NCBI GenBank assembly: GCA_038044745.1
Contig: JBBSZK010000007.1
Span: 45,521 to 109,520, forward strand
From: Nanobdellota archaeon
GTDB taxonomy: Archaea > Nanobdellota > Nanobdellia > Pacearchaeales > GW2011-AR1
Direction of reading: 5' to 3'
Length of the DNA: 64,000 nucleotides
In this document: one piece after another, positions 52,281-59,855 of the stretch
How the letters are laid out: each line of letters starts with the position of its first letter
Position numbering within the stretch: position 1 is the first letter of the stretch
Made by a program: the position numbers and the translations under genes
Notes under the pieces: model-generated
What the model was told of the DNA's origin: nothing
Seen by the model: the letters and a program-made list of their open reading frames with translations, nothing else
Databases searched by the model: none

Positions 52281-54749
52281 ATGGTTTCAAATAAACCCAA
52301 ATCGTCTTTAAATTTTAGCGCGATTGAAAAAAAATGGCAGAAGGCATGGGAGGCTGCGGGGGTTTTTGAGTCGAAAGAGGTTGCTGGAAAGAAAAAATAT
52401 TATGTTCTTGGCGCGTTTCCTTACCCTAGTGCGAGTTATCTCCATATGGGGCATGTACGCAATTATGGGATGACTGACATTATCGCTCGCTACAAGCGCA
52501 TGCGTGGTTTTAACGTTCTACATCCCATGGGATTTGATGCCTTTGGGCTTCCTGCAGAAAATGCAGCAATTAAAGACGGTACTCCTCCTAAGAAGTATAC
52601 CGAAGATGCTATCAAAGTTATTCGAAAGCTTATGAAAGAGCTGGGACTTAGTTACGACTGGAATCGAGAGGTTGTTACCTGCTACCCCGACTATTATCGC
52701 TGGAATCAGTGGCTTTTTTTACGTATGTTTGAGAAAGGGGTTGCTTATCGTGCTAAATCTCCTGTTAATTGGTGCCCTAAGGATAACACGGTTCTGGCCA
52801 ATGAGGAAGTTATTGGCGGGCGTTGCTGGAGATGTAACAGCGAGGTTGAAACGAAGGATATCGAGCAATGGTTTTTGCGAATTACTTCCTATGCTGAAGA
52901 GCTCTTACGGGAGCTTGATGCACTCTCTTGGCCTGAACGTGCAAAAGACATTCAACGGAACTGGATAGGTCGAAGCGAAGGTACAAAGGTTGTTTTTTCT
53001 GTTAAGGGGAGCAAGCACACACTTGAGGTGTTTACCACGCGCCCCGATACTTTGTTTGGAGTAAGTTTTGTTGCACTCGCTTTGCAGCATCCCCTTGTTG
53101 CGGGGCTCGTACAGGGAACTAAGCAAGCTTCCACCTATGCTCGCTTTCTCAAAGAGCACTCTGCTTCTGAAAAGTTTGAGTTTGATAAAGAAAAGAAGGG
53201 GTTCTTCACAGGTCGTTACGCCATTCATCCTTTAACTGGAAACGAGATTCCTATCTATGCGGGCACGTTTGTAGTTGCAGGGTATGGCACGGGTGCCGTT
53301 ATGGGGGTTCCGGCGCACGATGCGCGCGATTTTGAATTTGCTAAAAAACATACATTACCCATCCTTTCAGTTATTGATTCGGGTACGTCTTCTCGTAAAG
53401 AGGCCTACACGGGCGAGGGCAAACTTATCAATTCTGATGCCTTCAGCGGACTTGAGAGCACCGATGCGCGAACGGTTATAACGAATGCGCTCGAGAAGAA
53501 AGGTGTGGGTGGCACGGTTGTCGAATACCGTTTACGTGATTGGCTTATTTCTCGTCAGCGTTATTGGGGAACGCCTATTCCTATTGTGTACTGTGAGAGT
53601 TGCGGAGTTGTTCCGGTTCCCGAGAAAGACCTTCCGGTGCTCTTGCCCGAAAAAGTGCAGTTTACAGGGAAGGGGAATCCTCTTTTGACGAATAAAGCGT
53701 TTCTTACTACGTCTTGTCCTGTGTGCGGAGGAAGCGCACGTCGTGAAACGGATACCATGGCGACGTTCTTTGATTCTAGCTGGTATTATCTTAGATATTG
53801 CTCTCCTCAGAGTCATGACGTCTTCGATCGCAAAGCGGTGGGTCACTGGATGCCTGCAGATCTTTATATCTTGGGTCCCGAGCACGTATCACAACATCTC
53901 ATCTATGCTCGATTTTTTGCCAAATTTTTACGTGATCTTGGATGGGTGACTTTCAACGAGCCTTTTCCTCGGGTTTTCGTTTTAGGCGTTGTTCAGAAGG
54001 ATGGTTTGCGCATGAGTAAAAGTAATGGAAATGCGATTACTGCACAAGAGGTTTCTAAGAAATACGGTATCGATGCGGCTCGATTGTTTGTTATGTTTGT
54101 CGCAGGTTCCGATAAAGACATGGAATGGGATGAACATGGAATAGAGGGGGCTCATCGATTTGTTACAAAATTCATTTCCCTATTTGATCTTCTGGGCGGC
54201 GAGGCTTCTCCTCTTATGGAGCACAAACTTAATACAACGCTTGCGCTTGTTGAGAAAAACTATGAATCTTTTGATTTTAACAAGAGCATTATCGCATTCA
54301 TGGACCTTGTTGACTACCTTGCGCGCCAACCCCGAGTCCCTCGTTTTGTGCTCGAAAAGGTGTTGCTCATGATTTCCCCCGTTATGCCCCATCTTGCTGA
54401 AGAGTTATGGTCTCGTTTAGGAAATGCTACGCTTGTCGTACAGGAAGCGTGGCCGCGGGTTGACAACAGCAAGATAGACGAGCGTTTTGATATCATGGAG
54501 CAACAAACTGAGAAGACCGTAAAAGATATCCTTACTATTACTAACCTTATCACGTCTCGGGGCGGGACGTTTGACCATGTGTATATTTACGTGTTGCCTC
54601 ATGAAAAAGACCTGTATCACGCGCAGCAACTTTCTCTACGGGTACAAAAACCGGTTAGTGTTTTTGCCGTTAATGATCCGCGAAAGTACGACCCCCAAGG
54701 CAAATCGGGCAAGGTTAAACCAGGGAGGCCGGGCATTTATGTCGAATGA
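52281..54749 (+). CDS. leuS: leucyl-tRNA synthetase, bacterial-type sequence
   Basis: PYPSASYLHMGHVRNY, GFDAFGLPAENAA, YDWNREVVTCYPDYYRWNQW, NWCPKDNTVLANEEV and a KMSKS variant (RMSKSNGN). By recall it is collinear with E. coli LeuS rather than archaeal LeuRS. Confidence 0.95.
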   Translation: MVSNKPKSSLNFSAIEKKWQKAWEAAGVFESKEVAGKKKYYVLGAFPYPSASYLHMGHVRNYGMTDIIARYKRMRGFNVLHPMGFDAFGLPAENAAIKDGTPPKKYTEDAIKVIRKLMKELGLSYDWNREVVTCYPDYYRWNQWLFLRMFEKGVAYRAKSPVNWCPKDNTVLANEEVIGGRCWRCNSEVETKDIEQWFLRITSYAEELLRELDALSWPERAKDIQRNWIGRSEGTKVVFSVKGSKHTLEVFTTRPDTLFGVSFVALALQHPLVAGLVQGTKQASTYARFLKEHSASEKFEFDKEKKGFFTGRYAIHPLTGNEIPIYAGTFVVAGYGTGAVMGVPAHDARDFEFAKKHTLPILSVIDSGTSSRKEAYTGEGKLINSDAFSGLESTDARTVITNALEKKGVGGTVVEYRLRDWLISRQRYWGTPIPIVYCESCGVVPVPEKDLPVLLPEKVQFTGKGNPLLTNKAFLTTSCPVCGGSARRETDTMATFFDSSWYYLRYCSPQSHDVFDRKAVGHWMPADLYILGPEHVSQHLIYARFFAKFLRDLGWVTFNEPFPRVFVLGVVQKDGLRMSKSNGNAITAQEVSKKYGIDAARLFVMFVAGSDKDMEWDEHGIEGAHRFVTKFISLFDLLGGEASPLMEHKLNTTLALVEKNYESFDFNKSIIAFMDLVDYLARQPRVPRFVLEKVLLMISPVMPHLAEELWSRLGNATLVVQEAWPRVDNSKIDERFDIMEQQTEKTVKDILTITNLITSRGGTFDHVYIYVLPHEKDLYHAQQLSLRVQKPVSVFAVNDPRKYDPQGKSGKVKPGRPGIYVE

Positions 54750-55206
54750 GTTGCTCTTGAAAGAGCTACACGATTCTTATGCTTCTTTGCAACGTTCATC
54801 AGGTGTTCGTGCGAGCTTAGATGAGTTGGACGTGGCGTTTTATGTGCGCGATGCGATTTTGTCCGCAGGATATGTTAGTTCTCTTCCTTCTCAACAGCTC
54901 TGTGCTCGGATTGCGGATGTTTTTATGAATTGGAATAGTTATCTTCATGGGCTTGTGATGCCCGATCCTCATTTTTTAGTTCAGATGAATGAAAGCAAAT
55001 TTATTGATTCTGAGGGCAAGAAAGCGATTCTTGCGCTGATTGCTCGTTCTATGGTGTTTGTAAGTAGAAATACTCTCTTCCACGCACGCGCGGATTTGAG
55101 GGAAGAAGCTCGGTTTATTGACGAATCACTTGCCTTTTGGAAGAACGATTATCAACCGACTCTTATCTCGATTCTTGAAACGTTACGAGCGCGATGGAGT
55201 GGCTGA
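54739..55206 (+). CDS. hypothetical protein
   Basis: ATG at 54739 overlaps the leuS 3' end by 11 nt. 155 aa. No motif recognised. Confidence 0.45.
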   Translation: MSNELLLKELHDSYASLQRSSGVRASLDELDVAFYVRDAILSAGYVSSLPSQQLCARIADVFMNWNSYLHGLVMPDPHFLVQMNESKFIDSEGKKAILALIARSMVFVSRNTLFHARADLREEARFIDESLAFWKNDYQPTLISILETLRARWSG

Positions 55207-55344
55207 CTGTTGCTCTTTTTCCGTGAATTCGCTTATAAGGTTTGTGTTTGCCATTTTTCAGTGAATTGCTATTTAACTATGCGTGTTGTCAAAAACGTAT
55301 TTTTTAGATTATTATGACTATATAAAAAAGTTAAACTACTATCT

Positions 55345-55536
55345 GGTATGAAACAAGCCTTGCAGCCCCTGATGCTTGCGCGGTGCAGTCGGTGTGGCAC
55401 TTGTTTCGACCTCCAATACGACCTTGCGTCGTTGGGAGCCGATGACCGAGTTGTTACACAGCTCGGAAAAGCAGCACACCTTGCCGCGCGAGCCACCCTT
55501 TGTTGGAAATGCCGTTTGTAAGTGTTTACTTCCGGC
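55345..55536 (+). ncRNA. candidate ncRNA of unknown class with its own TATA box and oligo-T terminator; 5' end approximate
   Basis: TATA ctatataaaaaa at 55318-55329. GC-rich body with a 10-bp long-range helix (55374-55383 GCTTGCGCGG pairs with 55484-55493 CCGCGCGAGC), an inner GGTGTG/CACACC helix and two internal hairpins. It ends at a T-run. Confidence 0.3.
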
Positions 55537-55550
55537 TTTTTTCTTTTTTT
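55537..55550 (+). terminator. oligo-T tract (TTTTTTCTTTTTTT), archaeal-type terminator for the candidate ncRNA
   Basis: T6-C-T7 directly after the GC-rich structured region. Confidence 0.4.
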
Positions 55551-55634
55551 GTTACCCTTATTCTTATCCTTTAGTTACTCCTTCTTAGATACAACAACCT
55601 AAAGGTTTAAAAAGCCCGAATTTGTAGAAAAAGC

Positions 55635-56507
55635 ATGACAGCACAAGCACAATCTGTTGAAGTTGAAGCAGAACATAATAGCAATAGTCTTATCTATAAA
55701 ATTGCTCCATGGGGAACCGCAGTAAAATCATTATATGACGCTGGTGCCAAAGTTATCAGTTCTCGTGACCTTGCTGATGCTCGTATTGCTCTCGGTTCAC
55801 AATCTAGCGTTTCAGCCAATGGAAGCTACACAAAAGAAGGATTTATTTATGTTGCAGACCAAAAACCTCTTGTTGTTGCAGAATCTCCGCTTTTGGATGT
55901 TATGCTAGCAAGAGGCGCAAGTGACGCACACAAGGCTGAAAGCGAGGTTTTTTATGATGCTAAAGATGTTTTCGCACAACTTGATGAAGATGCAAATAAA
56001 GCTCCCCAAGACCGACGTGTCTTGCGATTAAAAAAAGATAAAAGCTATTCTGTTCCAACCAATCGATTTGGTGAAGATGAGTTGGCTTTGTTCTTATTCA
56101 AAGACAGAGCAACTGCTTATGGTACATTCTTGCGTTCTAACGACATTAAAGATATGCCTGTTTGGGTTGTTGATAAATCATATATTGATAAACAAGGTTC
56201 TCCTTTTGTTAGACAGTTGTGGCTTCACAGGCTTGACGTTGACAACCAGTCTGTTGTCTATGGCGACAACGGGGACCTCGACATGAGCAACAGGGTTCGC
56301 GGGGTGCGTCCGTCTGTCGCGAGCGAAGCTCGCGTGCGCTCTGCTGAAAGCACAGGGCAAGTTAGTGAAAATAGCGAACTTGCATACGACCCTGCACAGA
56401 TTAGTGAATATCAAACTATCCTTCAAGAAGTTCGTAAGGGAGACCGCGCCGCTTCAGACCTAGAACAAGTCTTAGAGTTTATTAATGGATTGCCGGTTAA
56501 GAAGTAA
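55635..56507 (+). CDS. DGR target (variable) protein, 290 aa; VR encoded at aa 194-225
   Basis: Contains the VR at 56216-56307 (LWLHRLDVDNQSVVYGDNGDLDMSNRVRGV). No N-terminal signal peptide or TM segment visible. TATA gtttaaaaag lies about 25 nt upstream. Confidence 0.85.
   Translation: MTAQAQSVEVEAEHNSNSLIYKIAPWGTAVKSLYDAGAKVISSRDLADARIALGSQSSVSANGSYTKEGFIYVADQKPLVVAESPLLDVMLARGASDAHKAESEVFYDAKDVFAQLDEDANKAPQDRRVLRLKKDKSYSVPTNRFGEDELALFLFKDRATAYGTFLRSNDIKDMPVWVVDKSYIDKQGSPFVRQLWLHRLDVDNQSVVYGDNGDLDMSNRVRGVRPSVASEARVRSAESTGQVSENSELAYDPAQISEYQTILQEVRKGDRAASDLEQVLEFINGLPVKK
56216..56307 (+). repeat. DGR variable repeat (VR)
   Basis: 92 nt aligned without gaps to TR (offset 582). 10 mismatches, all opposite TR adenines. 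All 64 non-A TR positions are identical. Confidence 0.9.
56318..56334 (+). promoter_or_regulatory. GC-rich hairpin 11 nt downstream of VR (CGCGAGC-gaa-GCTCGCG), candidate DGR target-recognition hairpin
   Basis: Perfect 7-bp stem seen in the sequence. Its position matches the hairpin/cruciform element described downstream of VR in characterised DGRs. Confidence 0.5.
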
Positions 56508-56797
56508 AATTCAGTACATTCCAAAACAACTATTTCTTCTTACAACAATCATTAAAAACTGTTAATTTTTGTTAATCATGCCTCGGTCACTCTGTACTGA
56601 TATGAACGGAGCATTACGAGGCCACACGTCTTTGTATTAGTCTTGCGAACGCAAGCAGTAAAATACAACTGCGACAGCCAGTATGCTATCCGGATGGCGA
56701 ACCCTGAAGCAGTGGTGACGAGCATTTACATTCAGATAAATGTGTAATTGATTTCTGAATGTGGGTGCGAGTAAATTAGGTACAAGGGCTACCCTGT

Positions 56798-56889
56798 GTT
56801 GTGGCTTCACAGGCTTGACGATGACAACCAGTCTGATGTCAATGGCAACAACAGGAACCTCGACATGAACAACAGGGTTCGCGGAATGA
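56798..56889 (+). repeat. DGR template repeat (TR)
   Basis: Non-coding copy of VR, 25 nt upstream of the RT start. 28 adenines, many in AAC/AAT-type codon positions (frame reads LHRLDDDNQSDVNGNNRNLDMNNRVRG). Confidence 0.9.
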
Positions 56890-56914
56890 CCTCAGACCGA
56901 GGTTTCATACTTAA

Positions 56915-57999
56915 ATGGAGACATATACTAAGCTCTACTCTGAGCTGTGTTCGATGGGCAATCTTACGCTTGCGTGGCGCAATGCACGCAAGGGGAAAAC
57001 ACAACAACCAAAGGTTATTGAATTTGATCGAAATATTACTGAGGCTCTTCTTGCTTTACATACTGAATTGACTACTAATAAATATCAGCCTAAACCGCTC
57101 GTTAGTTTTATTTTACGAGACCCAAAGACGCGTACAATATCTAAATCAGACTTCAGAGATAGGGTTGTTCATCACGCACTTATTACTCTCTTGAGGCCGA
57201 TTTTTGAGAAGACGTTTATTTACGATTCGTGCGCTGGCCGAATTGGTAAGGGGACTCTTTTTGCACTTAAACGATTTACCTATTTTGCACGAAAAGTCAT
57301 AGGAAATGGCAAGAATGTTTCTAATAGATATCATGACCAAAACAATGTTCGTGGCTATTGTCTTAAGGCAGATATTAAACATTATTTTCAGGAAATCAAT
57401 CATGAAATCCTCTTGAGTATTATTTTCAGAAAAATAAAGGATAAACAAGTTTTGTGGCTTATTCGCCAGATTTTGAACAATACCTCTGATCCTTCGTGGG
57501 GGGGGGGGGCGAACGCCAAAAAGGTATGCCTCTCGGAAACTATACTTCCCAATTTTTTGCCAACATCTATCTCAATGAACTTGATCAGTTTGTAAAACAC
57601 ACACTTAAAGTCAAATATTATGTGCGTTATGTTGATGACTTTGTTATCATTCATAGGTCTAAAGGGCAACTTGAGCAATGGAAAAAAGAAATCGAGTCTT
57701 TCTTAAAAGAGAAACTTCAGATTGACCTTCATGCTGATAAATCTCGTGTTATTCCCCTCTCGAGGGGTGTTGACTTTGTAGGTTTTAGAAACTTCGCGCA
57801 TTTCAGATTACTACGAAGAAGGAATATAAAGAAGATGATACGAAAAATAAGGATGTTTAAAGATGGCAAGATGGATTTTCGTCCTTTAATGGAAAGCTAC
57901 CAAGGGTGGCAGGCGTATGCGCGGTGGGCGAATACCTATAGGTTGCGTAAGAATTTGGCACGAACTCTTGTAGACATTATCTGGAATAAGGTCGAATAA
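56915..57999 (+). CDS. DGR reverse transcriptase, reading frame interrupted in a G12 homopolymer (57498-57509)
   Basis: The N-part (56915..57595 frame) carries RT motifs 1-3. The C-part (57496..57999 frame) carries GMPLGNYTSQFFANIYLNELD (DGR-type SQ motif) and YVRYVDDFVI (YxDD). A 13th G, or a -1 ribosomal slip, gives the continuous sequence ...SWGGGGERQKGMPLGN... Confidence 0.85.
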
Positions 58000-58059
58000 A
58001 AAGAGCCTTCACGGTTTTTTTCTTATCATTATCTTTATAATGCCTTTTTTTCTTAGGTC

Positions 58060-58839
58060 TTGATGCAGGAATGGCTATCGCTTCTTATTTTGGCTGTGGT
58101 GCAGGGAGTTACCGAGTGGCTTCCTATTTCTAGTTCGGGGCATCTCGTTCTTGTTGAATGGCTAATCAATTATGACGCGAGTCTTGAACTTGAAGTGGCT
58201 TTGCACTTGGGCACGCTTATGGCCATGTTTGTTTATTTCGGAAAGGATATTATGGATATCTTAGAAGACTTTTTGAAGGGTAATTGGAAAAGTGATTCTG
58301 GCAGGATGGGGTGGTTGATTATTGTTGCTACGCTGCCCGCCGTCTTTGCAGGGTACTTCTTCTACGATTTTTTTGAGCAAACGTTTAGTGATAAGGGAAG
58401 TCTTGTTCTCGGGTTCGCCATTACGGCCGTCTTTTTGGTTATTGCTTCGCTTGACTTTAAGCATCATCGCACGTCTATTCGTTTTTCTGATGCTCTTATT
58501 CTTGGGGGTGTTCAAGCGATTTCAATTCTTCCGAGTATTTCTCGTTCTGGTGCGACTATTGCTGCCGCGCTTCTTCTGGGGTTGCCTGAAAAAACTGCAG
58601 TTCGTTTTTCTTTTCTTATGGCAATTCCCGCACTTCTTGGTGCAGGTATGCTCGCACTTAATAGGGCCACGCTTCCTGCTTCGTTTATAGTGCCTACGCT
58701 TATTTCATTTGCGACTGCTCTTTTAGTGGTGCATGTCCTGTATACGAGTTTGTTGCGCGATAAGAAGAACTTGCGGTGGTTCGCGCTCTATTCGTTTATT
58801 TTGGCTGTTGCTATTCTCATGTGGTTGTTGTTCTTTTGA
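58060..58839 (+). CDS. uppP: undecaprenyl-diphosphatase (UppP/BacA)
   Basis: VQGVTEWLPISSSGHLVL and SRSGATI motifs. 259-aa polytopic membrane protein. Confidence 0.9.
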   Translation: MMQEWLSLLILAVVQGVTEWLPISSSGHLVLVEWLINYDASLELEVALHLGTLMAMFVYFGKDIMDILEDFLKGNWKSDSGRMGWLIIVATLPAVFAGYFFYDFFEQTFSDKGSLVLGFAITAVFLVIASLDFKHHRTSIRFSDALILGGVQAISILPSISRSGATIAAALLLGLPEKTAVRFSFLMAIPALLGAGMLALNRATLPASFIVPTLISFATALLVVHVLYTSLLRDKKNLRWFALYSFILAVAILMWLLFF

Positions 58840-58892
58840 CGAATGTATTTGAGCACGAGAAGGTTTTTTAAGTCGGGGCCTTAGGGATTTTT

Positions 58893-59855
58893 ATGCGGGC
58901 GTTAAAGAGGGTTGTGGCGCAAGCTTTGCGTGAACATACATTTCCGGTTCGTGAACCGGTTCATTTTTCTTTGCTTAGGCCGCCTCCTGAGTGTACTCGC
59001 CAGTTTAGATTGTTTGGGGCCCCTATTAAAACATCTATCTTGGGGACCTTTTATGACACGGTTACTGCTGCACTATACGGAGGGGAAATCTGCGGTAATA
59101 GGGCTTTACAAGTCCCTTATTTCAATGAGGGTGAACCTTTTTTTGCCGATATTTTTGATCCCGTGCGTAAAACAGTCCGAGAATCTAAGGCCTGTAACTC
59201 TACCCATACCCTTGTTCTTAAGGATAAACAACGTGAAAATTATCTTGGGCTTCAGGGGAATCATCCCGATTGGTCCGTCTTGCATTATGTGTATCGACAC
59301 GGGGTTGCTGGTATTGTGGCATATGAGGGAACTGAACATATGCTTTATGCCGATTTATCTCAGCAAACTGCTTTTTCTGTCGTGCTTCCATCAAGCATTA
59401 TTGAATCGTTGGGTGAAGTACGAAAAGATACTGACGACGTTTTTCTTGTTAGTCATTGTGAGGGTTATGCGCGCCGCCATAAGGACGGTAATGACGTTTC
59501 GCCTTCGATGCGAGTTTCTTCTCGTTTGATAAATTTGCTCTTTTCTTCTCCAGAAGACGCGTTGCGTAAACTCGCTCTCGATCCCGATCGTTACGGAGTT
59601 GATCGTTACCTAACGCACGGAGGCCTCAATATTAAACGGCGTGATGATGAAAATGACCCTGCTACCGAACGTGCGTATTTTGTAAAACCCTTTCCTGTTG
59701 TTGCGTTCACCGATAGAAATCACGAGCCGTGGGCCCGTGATTTAGGTGAAAAGATGGTGCGTTTGGAAGGGTGCTCTGATGTTGAGCGAGGGTCTTCCTT
59801 ACCTGCACCTCGTTTAGAATCACCGCATCCGGGAGAAACGCTTGTTCCTATTTAG
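58893..59855 (+). CDS. hypothetical protein
   Basis: 320-aa ORF with no family recognised. The FADIFDP...VRESK spacing is reminiscent of a PD-(D/E)xK motif, but that is weak. Confidence 0.5.
   Translation: MRALKRVVAQALREHTFPVREPVHFSLLRPPPECTRQFRLFGAPIKTSILGTFYDTVTAALYGGEICGNRALQVPYFNEGEPFFADIFDPVRKTVRESKACNSTHTLVLKDKQRENYLGLQGNHPDWSVLHYVYRHGVAGIVAYEGTEHMLYADLSQQTAFSVVLPSSIIESLGEVRKDTDDVFLVSHCEGYARRHKDGNDVSPSMRVSSRLINLLFSSPEDALRKLALDPDRYGVDRYLTHGGLNIKRRDDENDPATERAYFVKPFPVVAFTDRNHEPWARDLGEKMVRLEGCSDVERGSSLPAPRLESPHPGETLVPI

Larger units (their letters stand above)
55606..57999 (+). mobile_element. diversity-generating retroelement (DGR): target gene with VR, TR, reverse transcriptase
   Basis: VR/TR pair whose mismatches all fall at TR adenines, followed by a DGR-type RT. 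See the component features. Confidence 0.9.

Noticed and set aside
55461-55480. CAGCTCGGAAAAGCAGCAC resembles the SRP RNA helix-8 consensus (..GGAA..AGCA..)
   Set aside because: The two closing base pairs around the tetraloop cannot form, no Alu or helix-6 features are present, and a competing CCGAG/CTCGG hairpin fits better. I left the region as an unknown-class ncRNA.
56508-56797. Search for an Avd accessory gene between the DGR target and TR
   Set aside because: The longest ORF I found there is about 19 aa, so none is called. Only a small palindrome, CTTGCG-aa-CGCAAG, at 56642-56655 was noted.
56796-57071. 91-aa ORF covering the TR and the RT 5' end
   Set aside because: Its N-terminal similarity to the target protein exists only because it reads through the template repeat. 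It runs out of frame into the RT gene, so I interpret the region as non-coding TR.
58912-59529. 205-aa alternative-frame ORF overlapping 58893..59855
   Set aside because: It is on the same strand, is shorter and is Leu/Cys/Phe-rich. The 320-aa frame is longer and has more protein-like composition.
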